The notes under the pieces are model-generated. The model was given only the letters and a program-made list of their open reading frames with translations. It ran no database searches and had not been told where the DNA came from. 64,000 nucleotides of DNA from Bacillota bacterium (lineage in GTDB: Bacteria > Bacillota > Sulfobacillia > JAMCWA01). Position 1 is the first letter of the stretch; each line of letters opens with the position of its first letter. The stretch is taken from NCBI GenBank assembly GCA_023475165.1, contig JAMCWA010000029.1:1950-65949 (forward strand), given 5' to 3'. The translations under genes and the position numbers were made by a program. Positions 1 to 8,556 of this stretch are shown in pieces.

Positions 1-323
1 TTCGCGGGAGGAGAACTTTCAGGCGTACCGGCCAGCGGTGGCCACGGCCGGTACGCGTAAAAATAGTAAGCTAGCCAAGCCACCAGCCCGATCAGCAGAA
101 GACGCCGGAGAAAGGAGAACACGATTTTACCATCTGCCTTTTTGTGGCTTATGTTGCCTTGATCTATCAGACTATAGATATTTCGCCCCGTCACCGCCAA
201 ATCCTCCTGGTGCCTGTTGCCAATTGGTGGAGGCCCCCTTACGTTTACGGAAGTAACATGTTATTTTCTCTCGGCATATATTACTTTAGGATTCCCACGA
301 CGAGGAGGGAAAGGAGGGCACAG

Positions 324-1928
324 ATGAGCGATCAACTATCGGTTGTCAAGGAACTCTTGCGCATTGAAGAGGTGATCGGGGAGGGAGCATCCCAGACCAT
401 TGTCAAGGAAACCTTGACGGTTCCCACGGATAAGCCGCCCGTAGCCCAGATCATCGACTATGAGGCCACCCCCGAGGTCACCGGGGAAACCATCGTGGCG
501 GACAAGGTCATCGTTTCCGGGAACGTCCATCTGAAGACCATTTATGAGGCCAAGACCTCCGACCAGAGCGTACACGCCATGCACCATACCGTACCCTTTG
601 AAGGCTTTGTGGAAATCCCGGGGGCAAGGCCCGGCATGAAGGTTTATCCGACCGTTAGTGTCGAAAACGTTTCCTACGACATAGCTCCGGATGGCAAGAG
701 CGTCACTGTGCAGATGATCCTGCGGATTTTTGTCAAGGTGGTTCGTCCCGCTCAGTTGCAGGTGGTGACGGGGGTCTCCGGAGTGGCCGGTCTGCAGGTA
801 ACCAAGGATGTCATTCGGACGGAGGAAGTGGTGGGTGAAAACACCGCCCAGACCATCGTCAAGCAAAGTTTGACCGTGCCCAGCCCCAAGCCCGCCGTCA
901 AACAGGTTATCGACCATATCGCCACTTCGGAGATTACCAGTCACAGGATCGTACCTAACAAGGTCATTGTGGCGGGTCTGCTCCATTTGAAAACCGTCTA
1001 CGAAGGGCAGACTGCTGATCAGTCGATCCACGCTATGGAGCACGATATCCCCTTCGAATACTATGTGGAGATCCCCGGAGCCATGCCCGAGATGGTAGTT
1101 TACCCTTCCGTGAAGGTGGAATACATCAGCTATGATGTTCCACCGGCGGGGAATCCCATTACGGTTCAGGTGGTCCTGGAAATCTTCGCCAAGGTGGTTC
1201 GGGTCCGCTCCCTGGAGGTGGTGACCGACGTCAGCGGCGTACCCGGCCTGAGTGTAACCAAAGAACTCTTGCGGGTGCAAGAGGTACGCGGTGAAAACAG
1301 CGCTCAAACCATTATCAAAGAGACCCTGCCCGTTCCCGAAACCAAGCCACCCGTAGATCAGGTGCTGGATCACCGGGCCTCCATGACCATTACCAAGACC
1401 ATCGTCTTACCCGGGAAACTGGTGGTAGACGGGGTCATGTCCCTGAAGACCATTTACGTTGCCCTCAATCCCTATCAAACCGTCCACGCCATGCACCACG
1501 ATGTTCCGTTTGAGGTGGCCATCAACCTGCCGGGAGCCCAGCCGGGAATGGTGGCCGGGGCGACGGCCAGGCTGGAACACGTCAGCTACGAAGTACCGGC
1601 CGCCGGCAATCCCATTACCGTCCAGGCGGTCATCAAGGTCAAGGGTCACCTGTATCAGACCAAGCAGGTCGAAGTCGTTACCGACGTCGTCATGGGGGCT
1701 GTTTATCCACCTCCACCGCCTCCCTGTACGGGAACGATTACGGGAGACTCTGTTAATGTCCGCAGCGGTCCCGGTATGGATTACGCCCCCTTTACCCAGG
1801 TGAACAAGGGGACTGTGGTTACTCTTCTGGATAAGCAGGGCGAATGGTTTAAGGTCCGTCTTCCAGATCAGCGTGAGGGCTGGATAAACGCCAGATACAT
1901 CCAAACCACTTGCTGGCCTGCCGGCTAG
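324..1928 (+). CDS. Protein with three tandem DUF3794 (SPOCS-like) repeats and a C-terminal bacterial SH3 domain; probably spore-coat or envelope associated
   Basis: ORF 144..1928. Preferred start is ATG 324 (MSDQLSVVKELL) just after GGAAAGGAGGG. There are three ~152-aa repeats (nt period 456, starting near 342, 798 and 1254), each with E-E-V-x-G-E...Q, HAM-H-x-x-PFE and VSY motifs. The tail GDSVNVRSGPG...GWINARYI looks like SH3b. Confidence 0.8.
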   Translation: MSDQLSVVKELLRIEEVIGEGASQTIVKETLTVPTDKPPVAQIIDYEATPEVTGETIVADKVIVSGNVHLKTIYEAKTSDQSVHAMHHTVPFEGFVEIPGARPGMKVYPTVSVENVSYDIAPDGKSVTVQMILRIFVKVVRPAQLQVVTGVSGVAGLQVTKDVIRTEEVVGENTAQTIVKQSLTVPSPKPAVKQVIDHIATSEITSHRIVPNKVIVAGLLHLKTVYEGQTADQSIHAMEHDIPFEYYVEIPGAMPEMVVYPSVKVEYISYDVPPAGNPITVQVVLEIFAKVVRVRSLEVVTDVSGVPGLSVTKELLRVQEVRGENSAQTIIKETLPVPETKPPVDQVLDHRASMTITKTIVLPGKLVVDGVMSLKTIYVALNPYQTVHAMHHDVPFEVAINLPGAQPGMVAGATARLEHVSYEVPAAGNPITVQAVIKVKGHLYQTKQVEVVTDVVMGAVYPPPPPPCTGTITGDSVNVRSGPGMDYAPFTQVNKGTVVTLLDKQGEWFKVRLPDQREGWINARYIQTTCWPAG

Positions 1929-1956
1929 AGGGTGGCAAGGAATCCTGGGAGCGACA

Positions 1957-2095
1957 CGGCGGATGTTTTCAGCGGTCACGCCTGACTGTTTTTCGGGCGC
2001 CTCGAGAACTCAAAACCTGGTTTTTTAGCGGTCTCTTCTAACAGCTTTTCGAGCGCCTCAAGAACTTGAAGCGGGGTTTGTCAGGGGTCTCTAAG
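1957..2095. repeat. Copy or fragment cluster of the modular intergenic repeat family (TTTTCAGCGGTC-type ends plus an internal ~27-bp direct repeat)
   Basis: GGATGTTTTCAGCGGTCACG at 1961-1980 and TTTTTTAGCGGTCTCTTC at 2021-2038. TTTTCGGGCGCCTCGAGAACT (1989..) repeats as TTTTCGAGCGCCTCAAGAACT (2046..). The ends match elements at 36496-36533 and 50935-50974. Confidence 0.6.
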
Positions 2096-2384
2096 TCTGG
2101 GTTGTTTTTGTTAGTGACGGATGCTGATGGTTATCGTGATCATCGGCCCGTCATTCTTCTTTTCCGGCTTGTTGTTTCGTGAGTTCTTTAGTCCTCTCAT
2201 GGCGGCGCGACTTCTGCCATGTCCTCCCAAAATACAGGAATCCTATATGATTACCAGAGAACCAAAGGACATCCTGTTTTCTGGAAGGAGAAGGCGAAAG
2301 ATAGTTGTTAAACAGCCTTGTCGTCTTAACATAATATAGTTTATCCTTGATACACGTCATAAAATAACCACGGGAGGGAAAGAG

Positions 2385-3212
2385 ATGCCGCGACGAAGAA
2401 TAACCATCGTCCTAAGCCTGCTCTTGTTGGTAGCGCTTCTAGTGCCGGCCAGCGTGCACGCCGGAGTCTTCTACAAGTTTAGAAACGGTACCGTCCAGTA
2501 CACCTCCTCCGGAGTCATCACCACCTATCAGGAAGCTCGCTCCGCTACTCCAGAGACGAACTCGGCTGCCCCTGTTGTCAAAGGCACTAGCGTTTATCGA
2601 ACCTCTACTGGTACAACTAAAGCGGCAACGACCACCAGGGTAATCCGGTACATGGGTCAGACCAAGACGACCTACTCAACAACTGCCTCACGCGTTGTCC
2701 ACGGTGTTCCGAAAACGGTTCCGGCCCCTCAGCCTGCGCCCGCCCCGACGCCAGCTCCGGCGCCTCAACCTGCGCCGGCTCCCCAACCCGCTCCGGCTCC
2801 ACAGCCCACCCCCGCCCCTGTCTCTGGCCTGACGGCCCAGGAGCAGCAAATGGTGGACCTGGTGAACCAGGAACGAATTAAGGCCGGTCTCAAACCGCTG
2901 GCGGTTGATCTCAAGTTGACCGAACTGGCTCGGCTTAAGGCCCAAGATATGGTCAAGAACAACTACTTTGACCACATGTCGCCAACCTACGGTTCGCCCT
3001 TTGATATGATGCGGAAGGCCGGGCTCACCTTCCGGACGGCCGGGGAAAACATCGCCGGGGCCGGTACCGTCGAGCGAGCCCACAGTGCCCTCATGAATAG
3101 TGCTGGACACCGGGCCAATATCCTTAATCCAAACTTTACCCGGATCGGCATCGGGATTGTGCCTGACGGGACCTATGGCTTGATGATCTCGCAGATGTTT
3201 ATCGGTAACTGA
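2385..3212 (+). CDS. Secreted CAP/SCP-domain protein (YkwD-like) with a Pro-Ala-Gln repeat linker
   Basis: RBS GGGAGGGAAAGAG precedes ATG 2385. N-terminal signal peptide (LLLLVALLVPASVHA). (PAPAPQ)n linker. C-terminal part has NQERIKAGL...NYFDHMSPTYGSPFDMM...GENIA...HSALMNSAGHRANILNPNFTRIGIG, typical of the CAP/YkwD family. Confidence 0.85.
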   Translation: MPRRRITIVLSLLLLVALLVPASVHAGVFYKFRNGTVQYTSSGVITTYQEARSATPETNSAAPVVKGTSVYRTSTGTTKAATTTRVIRYMGQTKTTYSTTASRVVHGVPKTVPAPQPAPAPTPAPAPQPAPAPQPAPAPQPTPAPVSGLTAQEQQMVDLVNQERIKAGLKPLAVDLKLTELARLKAQDMVKNNYFDHMSPTYGSPFDMMRKAGLTFRTAGENIAGAGTVERAHSALMNSAGHRANILNPNFTRIGIGIVPDGTYGLMISQMFIGN

Positions 3213-3409
3213 CCTTCGAGGTCTCACACTTTCTTGGTGGCGCAGACGATTGATGACCTCGCAAAGTTCATCGGTAATCGACCGGCTCGGTGGTGCCTGG
3301 TCAGCAAGACCCGTCTGAACCTAATTACAAAACAGCGCCGTATGGGCCGCTTGTCATCGTCTGCCGCTGCTCCGAATGATTGTATCTCCAGTGGAACAAG
3401 CTGCAAAAT

Positions 3410-3443
3410 CGACCTGGACGCTCTGGCCAGGTCGTTTTTTTTT
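3410..3443 (+). terminator. Rho-independent terminator
   Basis: Stem CGACCTGG/CCAGGTCG with a 9-nt loop, followed by T9. Confidence 0.6.
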
Positions 3444-3555
3444 CGATCCGAGATCTTTACTCCCGGGACGTCATTATGCTATAATCGGGACACAACCGCA
3501 AAGCCGGTGCCTGGCAGGAGATCGGCCTGGTGACCTGGTTTCTAGAAAATAGCTT

Positions 3556-3584
3556 TTGACAACCGTCGCGATTTATTATATACT
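3556..3584 (+). promoter_or_regulatory. Sigma-A type promoter of the tRNA cluster
   Basis: TTGACA (3556-3561), 17-nt spacer, TATACT (3579-3584); about 15 nt upstream of the first tRNA. Confidence 0.6.
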
Positions 3585-3599
3585 GAAAAGGCGGCGAAC

Positions 3600-3674
3600 G
3601 GGCGAATAGCTCAGTGGTAGAGCACCTGCCTTACACGCAGGGGGTCACAGGTTCGAGCCCTGTTTCGCCCACCA
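3600..3674 (+). tRNA. tRNA-Val (anticodon TAC), CCA encoded
   Basis: Acceptor GGGCGAA/TTCGCCC, anticodon arm CCTGC-CTTACAC-GCAGG, T-loop GGTTCGAGCC, 3' ACCA. Confidence 0.95.
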
Positions 3675-3689
3675 GAGTGACGCAAATAC

Positions 3690-3767
3690 GGAGGCGTGGT
3701 GTAGCTGGCCTAACATACATGCCTGTCACGCATGAGACCGCGGGTTCGAATCCCGTCGCCTCCGCCA
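3690..3767 (+). tRNA. tRNA-Asp (anticodon GTC), CCA encoded
   Basis: Acceptor GGAGGCG/CGCCTCC, anticodon arm CATGC-CTGTCAC-GCATG, T-loop GGTTCGAATCC, 3' GCCA. Confidence 0.95.
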
Positions 3768-3772
3768 TAAAG

Positions 3773-3848
<76 letters not shown>

Positions 3849-3856
3849 GTAATCAT

Positions 3857-3931
3857 GCGGAAGTGGCTCAGTGGTGGAGCATCGCCTTGCCAAGGCGAGG
3901 GTCGCGGGTTCGAATCCCGTCTTCCGCTCCA
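3857..3931 (+). tRNA. tRNA-Gly (anticodon GCC), CCA encoded
   Basis: Acceptor GCGGAAG/CTTCCGC, anticodon arm TCGCC-TTGCCAA-GGCGA, T-loop GGTTCGAATCC, 3' TCCA. Confidence 0.95.
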
Positions 3932-4007
3932 AAAGAGTAAATCGGGGGTCTCCTTGCCAGATCCCCTTAAAGCATATGATGGTCGGATGACCAGTAAGGC
4001 TATCCTG

Positions 4008-4083
4008 GGGCGAGTGGCGAAGTGGCTAACGCTGTGGACTGCAAATCCACCATTCGTCGGTTCAATTCCGACCTCGCCCTCCA
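4008..4083 (+). tRNA. tRNA-Cys (anticodon GCA), CCA encoded
   Basis: Acceptor GGGCGAG/CTCGCCC, anticodon arm GTGGA-CTGCAAA-TCCAC, T-loop GGTTCAATTCC, 3' TCCA. Confidence 0.9.
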
Positions 4084-4089
4084 GAATAC

Positions 4090-4166
4090 GGGCGGTTAGC
4101 TCAGTTGGTTAGAGCGCATGCTTGACATGCATGAGGTCACAGGTTCGAATCCTGTATCGCCCACCA
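4090..4166 (+). tRNA. tRNA-Val (anticodon GAC), CCA encoded
   Basis: Acceptor GGGCGGT/ATCGCCC (one G-U pair), anticodon arm CATGC-TTGACAT-GCATG, T-loop GGTTCGAATCC, 3' ACCA. Confidence 0.95.
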
Positions 4167-4176
4167 GTAAAATCAG

Positions 4177-4202
4177 GGCTTCCGAGATTCGGAAGCCTTT
4201 TT
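4177..4202 (+). terminator. Rho-independent terminator of the tRNA cluster
   Basis: Stem GGCTTCCG/CGGAAGCC, loop AGATT, followed by TTTTT. Confidence 0.8.
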
Positions 4203-4957
4203 GTTTCGCCCTCAAACCATTTTTTTACTACTTTTGTGACTAAACCGGCCACTACAGACCTGCTTCAGCCGAACTGCCTCCAAATTCAAGCCAGCTCTTT
4301 TAGAAAAAGGGACAATATGGTAAACTTTAAGCCAAGGGGTACCTGGGTCAATTTTGAGTGAGAATCTACAGGTAGAACTCTCACTGATAATGACGTGAGA
4401 GTTGAGGGGTCAATCACCCACTGAGGTGAGAGTTCAGCCGTCGTTCACTTCTACATATTAGGAGACGGGTTAGTCACCCCGCCACCTCGCGTTGCTGGTC
4501 GTAATCAGACAGGACTTGGGAGATGTGGGCCTCCTGGATGCTAACGATAAAAGGCAGCCCGGCGGGCGGACGGCTGAAGCCCTATTTGCTTTTCAGAAAA
4601 TCGTCCGGCAGCACCACCCTGACCGGCGAGCCGCCGAAGTCCTTAATGCTCCGGGTGATGATGCTTTATTAATCGTACAGTGGGGCGGTCAAGATAACCC
4701 CATTATTCCCTAACCGCTCTTTTCCAGCTTAATACCTCTGTTAGTGCTGTAACTGACCTGGGACTCCTCATCAGGGCCCGGGGCAACGCCGCTACCGACA
4801 GCTAACGATGGAGTTCTGACAGGTAAAGACGTAGTTTAACTCTCGCGAGTGGGAGAAGTGCTTCCTGCACAAGAAATCGAGGCCTGGCAGGCCAAAATTG
4901 CTGCATAGATGGGGGCACCTGATCGCAAAGTGGGGGCGGAGCGGGGAAGCCGACACC

Positions 4958-4986
4958 TTGACTAAACGCGATTTCTGTAATATGCT
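4958..4986 (+). promoter_or_regulatory. Candidate sigma-A promoter of the toxin-antitoxin pair
   Basis: TTGACT (4958-4963), 17-nt spacer, TATGCT (4981-4986); about 30 nt upstream of the antitoxin start. Confidence 0.5.
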
Positions 4987-5016
4987 AATTTCAGAATTTA
5001 AGAAGGGAGTGGCTTG

Positions 5017-5316
5017 ATGATTATCCTGACCGTCCGCACCAACGGACAGATTACCCTGCCCGCGAGCGTCCGAAAAGAGCTAGGGCTTAAAGAAGGAGAT
5101 GTGGTCAGCCTTGAAGTACAGGACGGCGCCTTGTTGATAAAGCCGAAGCTGGTCGTTGATAAAAGCCAGGCCTATTTTTGGAGCGAGAGATGGCAGGCCG
5201 GCGAAAGAGAGGCTGAGGAGGACATTAAAGTGGGCAGGTTGAAGTATTTCAAGAACGCCCAAGAAGCCGCGCAAGCCTTAATCTCTCCCGACGCTGACGA
5301 CGGAGTGGAACGCTGA
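5017..5316 (+). CDS. AbrB/MazE/SpoVT-fold type II antitoxin
   Basis: RBS AGAAGGGAG, then ATG 5017 (TTG 5014 is also in frame). N-terminus ILTVRTNGQITLPASVRKELGLKEGDVVSLEV..GALLIKP is the SpoVT/AbrB swapped-hairpin signature. Its stop overlaps the next start (TGATG). Confidence 0.8.
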   Translation: MIILTVRTNGQITLPASVRKELGLKEGDVVSLEVQDGALLIKPKLVVDKSQAYFWSERWQAGEREAEEDIKVGRLKYFKNAQEAAQALISPDADDGVER

Positions 5317-5576
5317 TGCCCATCATTTTGACGTGGCGGTTTGGACGGGCGTTTCGCGCACTCAACAAGCAAATTCAAAAGAAGGCGCTGCGGGTTTTGG
5401 AGCTTCTTGACCGCGATATGGGACACCCGTCTTTGCGTTGCAAGCTTGTTCAGGGGACGCCGGATATTTACGAAGCCAGAGTAGATCTCAAATACCGGAT
5501 GACTTTTCAATTGGTCGGGGAGGTCAAGGTGTTGAGGAACATTGACAATCATGACGAATGCCTTCGGAATCCATAA
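5316..5576 (+). CDS. RelE/ParE-superfamily type II toxin
   Basis: 86 aa, translationally coupled to the antitoxin by a 1-nt overlap. The size and the central/C-terminal pattern (L..MGHPSLR..LVQGTPDIYEARVDLKYRMTFQLVGEVKVLRNIDNHDE) fit RelE/ParE-like toxins. Confidence 0.7.
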   Translation: MPIILTWRFGRAFRALNKQIQKKALRVLELLDRDMGHPSLRCKLVQGTPDIYEARVDLKYRMTFQLVGEVKVLRNIDNHDECLRNP

Positions 5577-5627
5577 TCACGGCTATACCGACCTTTAATG
5601 GGCCAAGCTTGTTAACTCTCTCTGAAA

Positions 5628-6074
5628 ACTGACCCACTTTTCTCCCCGAAAATTCGCCAAGGCCTTATCGATCCTTGAGTTACCCAGAGCTACCTGCTTT
5701 CGCTGGCAGGCCCAGGGCGGTAAAACCGTTGCTGAAAGGATCTATGTACCAAAGAGCCACTATCTTTTGCCCAAGGAACGGGAAGCCATCTTGGCTTATA
5801 AAAGGGCTCACAGGTAGGCTATCGTCGGTTAGCCTTCATGATGTTGGATGAGGGGATAGCGGCCGTATCCCCGGGAACGGTCTATGAGGTTCTTTACAAA
5901 GCGGGACTTTCGAGTCGGTGGACCCGGGCTGGGGGTACGCCCTCGGAGAAAGGGTTTGTTCAACCCGGGGGACCGCATCAACAGTGGCACATAGACATCT
6001 CTTACTTGAACATCCTGGGGACCAATTACTCGCTCGGAGAAAGTAGTCAGCTGGAACCCGTTCTTCAAGATTAA
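5628..6074 (+). pseudogene. Truncated and interrupted IS3/IS481-superfamily (rve/DDE integrase-core) transposase
   Basis: The frame reads ...LPRATCFRWQAQ...LLPKEREAILAYKRAHR, then a stop and frame change, then GYRRLAFMMLDEGIAAVSPGTVYEVLYKAGL...QQWHIDISYLNILG, ending prematurely. It has the HTH and the start of the rve domain, but the catalytic core is missing. Confidence 0.7.
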
Positions 6075-6214
6075 ACTGGTAGAAAAGCTTTCCTTGTCCA
6101 GACTTGAGCCCCTTCATCGAGGACCACCGCCTTGTAGAAGTGTTCTACCTATGAGTTTCGACGTCTTAACCTTTGTTACCTGCGAGTTTGGCAACAGATC
6201 CATTGCCATTCACA

Positions 6215-6390
6215 ATGACCGTCAGAATTGATGAGAAGGGCCGCCAAAAGCGCAGGTTCTTCTACGGGAAGACGCGGGCCGAAGTTCAGCAGAAATTGCC
6301 TGGCCGACGGCTAAGCCGGTTTACCTGTTAATCCCGCGAAAGAGTCGCTGGGGCAGTTTTTAGCCCGCTGGACTACTCTTTTACTACTAC
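6215..6390 (+). pseudogene. Fragment of a tyrosine-recombinase (phage-type integrase) N-terminus
   Basis: MTVRIDEKGRQKRRFFYGKTRAEVQQKL, followed after a frameshift by ESLGQFLARW. This resembles the integrase N-terminal SAM-like region. No catalytic domain follows. Confidence 0.5.
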
Positions 6391-6555
6391 GAGGATAAAA
6401 AACCCTGGATTTTATGAACGCCAAGGATTATGAAGTGCTTTCTATACAGGTTGCGGCAGGATTCTGGGAATGTTCGTCGAATTAGCAACAAAAGGCAGCT
6501 GGCCTTGCAGGATTACAGTGGCGTCACTGATGGCACCCATAGCCTGACGGTGCAG

Positions 6556-6573
6556 TGAATGACCAGTCATTCA
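6556..6573. promoter_or_regulatory. Inverted repeat TGAATGAC-CA-GTCATTCA; candidate FadR(YsiA)/TetR-type operator
   Basis: Perfect 8-bp arms, about 200 bp upstream of the acyl-CoA ligase start. From memory, the TGAATGA...TCATTCA half-sites resemble the Bacillus FadR box. Confidence 0.4.
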
Positions 6574-6768
6574 GAAAAGGCGAGCAAGTCCGTGGCGTAT
6601 GGGTCCCGAGCAAGTACCTAGTTTCTCCGCGATAGGCGTGAAGACCTATCGGGAATATTCCCGGCCATTGGAAGAGAAACGGGGAAGGACACACATATTC
6701 GGTTTACTCCAACACCCTTCAACCACCCCACTACGCCTTCGACGACTACCAAACGAGGAGGGAAGGGC

Positions 6769-8454
6769 ATGCCGCAGCCGGATTATCCCTGGTATCGTCA
6801 TTACGATTCTGATGTCCCCAAGAACCTCACCTACCCCCAAAAGACGGTCTTGGAGCTTTTCGAAGACCGGGCCAGAGAAGCCCCCGACCGCCCGGCGGTG
6901 ATCTTCTTCGGTCACCGCCTTTCCTACGGCCAGCTGGTCGGCTACGTCGACCGGGTGGCCGCAGGGTTGAAGGATTTGGGGTTGGATCCGGGTGAGCGGC
7001 TGGCCCTTCTCCTTCCCAACTGTCCCCAATATGTCATCGCCTTTTTTGCGGCCGTCAAAGCTGGCCTGACCGTCGTTCCGCTTAATCCCCTGAACACCGA
7101 ACGCGAGCTGGAGTTCATCGTTCGCGATGCCGGAGTCAAGGCCGCCGTTGTCTTGGATCTTCTCGCCGCTCGCGTCCAAAAAGTGCGGGAGCGGGTTAGC
7201 GCAGACGGTTCCTCTTCCCTCTTATCCAAAGTGATCTACGCCGCCATTCCGGAGTTTTTGCCCTTCCCGCTCAACTGGCTTTACCCCTTGCGCCAGCCCC
7301 TTTCCGCGGAGGCCAAGAGCGCTTTACCGTATGGTTTGCCGTTTAGTCGTTTGCTTTCAGCCAGGGTCAGACCGCTGGTCCCGCCACCGGTGGACCGCGA
7401 AAAGGATCTGGCCGTCCTCATTTATACCGGCGGCACCACCGGAAAACCGAAAGGGGTCATGCTTTCCCACCGGGCCCTCGTCGTCAACGCCTCCCAAGTA
7501 ATGGCCTGGGGGCAAATAGCGCCAGCCGATCGCGTTTTGGCCGTCCTGCCCTTGTTTCACGGTTTCGGGATGAGCGTGGGGATGAACGCCCCGCTCATCA
7601 CCGGGGCGGCTTCCGTCTTGGTCCCCCGCTATAATGCGGGTGATCTACTGCGAGTGATCCACCGGCAGCGGCCAACCCTCTTTGCCGGGGTCCCGACGAT
7701 GTATATTGGGATGATCAATCACCCGGACTTGAAACGTTACGATCTTTCCTCCCTCCGCGGTTGTTTTGCCGGGGCGGCGGCTTTGCCGGCGGAGATAAAA
7801 CGGCGCTGGGAGGAGCTGACCGGCGGACGCCTCCTTGAGGGCTATGGTCTGACCGAGGCGGTCACCGCCAAGAGCGCCAACCCCTATCGTGGCCTCAACA
7901 AGACCGGGAGCATTGGGATTCCCTTTCCCGATACGGTGATGGAGATCGTCGACCTGGAAACCGGAGAAAAGGTGCTGAAACCGGGCGAAATCGGCGAGAT
8001 CCGGCTCAAGAGTCCCGATCTCATGTTGGGCTACTGGAAGCGGCCGGAAGAAACGGCGGCCGCCCTGCGCGGCGGGTGGCTTTACACCGGGGACCTGGGC
8101 AAAATGGATGAAGACGGTTATTTCTATATCGTTGAGCGGAAGAAGGATCTCATCATCACCGGCGGCTTCAATGTTTATCCCCGGGAAGTGGAGGACGTGC
8201 TCTACCTGCACCCGGCGGTCAGGGAAGCCAGTGTCATCGGGGTTCCTGACGAATACCGGGGGGAGGCGGTCAAGGCCTTTGTCGTCCTCCGCGAGGGGAT
8301 GACGGCCACGGAAGCGGAGATCATCGCCTTCTGCCGCGAGCAGCTGACGCCCTATAAGGTGCCCCGTCAGGTTGAATTTGTCCCGGATCTGCCCAAGAGC
8401 GCCATTGGCAAGGTCTTGCGGCGGGCCTTGCGCGAGAAAGTAGGATCTTCCTAA
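6769..8454 (+). CDS. AMP-forming acyl-CoA ligase (FadD-like long/medium-chain fatty acid-CoA ligase)
   Basis: RBS GGAGGGAAGGG before ATG. AMP-binding motifs [29 protein letters not shown]...DGYFYIVERKKDLI and KSAIGKVLRR. Confidence 0.9.
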   Translation: MPQPDYPWYRHYDSDVPKNLTYPQKTVLELFEDRAREAPDRPAVIFFGHRLSYGQLVGYVDRVAAGLKDLGLDPGERLALLLPNCPQYVIAFFAAVKAGLTVVPLNPLNTERELEFIVRDAGVKAAVVLDLLAARVQKVRERVSADGSSSLLSKVIYAAIPEFLPFPLNWLYPLRQPLSAEAKSALPYGLPFSRLLSARVRPLVPPPVDREKDLAVLIYTGGTTGKPKGVMLSHRALVVNASQVMAWGQIAPADRVLAVLPLFHGFGMSVGMNAPLITGAASVLVPRYNAGDLLRVIHRQRPTLFAGVPTMYIGMINHPDLKRYDLSSLRGCFAGAAALPAEIKRRWEELTGGRLLEGYGLTEAVTAKSANPYRGLNKTGSIGIPFPDTVMEIVDLETGEKVLKPGEIGEIRLKSPDLMLGYWKRPEETAAALRGGWLYTGDLGKMDEDGYFYIVERKKDLIITGGFNVYPREVEDVLYLHPAVREASVIGVPDEYRGEAVKAFVVLREGMTATEAEIIAFCREQLTPYKVPRQVEFVPDLPKSAIGKVLRRALREKVGSS

Positions 8455-8556
8455 CCGACAGGAGGCAAATGACGCCCGCGAGCGCCAAAGCGAGTACCAG
8501 CTTGAGTCACCACGATTTGCCCCCAATTCTTTCATCGCGAAAAAGAGGAGTCGGTT

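Noticed and set aside
1-122. Possible 5' end of a minus-strand membrane-protein gene (GTG at 122..120, reading VFSFLRRLLLIGLVAWLAYYFYAY...) running off the left edge.
   Set aside because: Only about 40 codons are visible, the SD is weak or absent, and there are no motifs. The evidence is insufficient to call it.
336-1979. Long antisense ORFs 336..1373(-) and 1407..1979(-). Similar cases are 7645..8607(-), 18699..20300(-, 533 aa), 38616..39491(+), 45431..46093(-), 51463..52275(-), 53157..53729(-) and 57582..58340(-).
   Set aside because: These are shadow ORFs opposite well-supported genes in GC-rich DNA. Their products are Arg/Pro/Gly-rich with no motifs.
3233-3409. Possible small RNA (SRP RNA, 6S, etc.) between the YkwD-like gene and the terminator at 3410-3443.
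   Set aside because: I could not recognise SRP domain IV, 6S, tmRNA or RNase P signatures. It is most simply a long 3' UTR. Only a covariance-model search could settle this.
4492-4713. ORF 4492..4713(+), and a minus-strand PIN-like remnant (..IITRSIKDFGG..).
   Set aside because: The plus-strand ORF has no SD or motifs. The minus-strand similarity to VapC C-termini is short and interrupted by two stops, so it is mentioned only as part of the decayed island and not listed as a feature.
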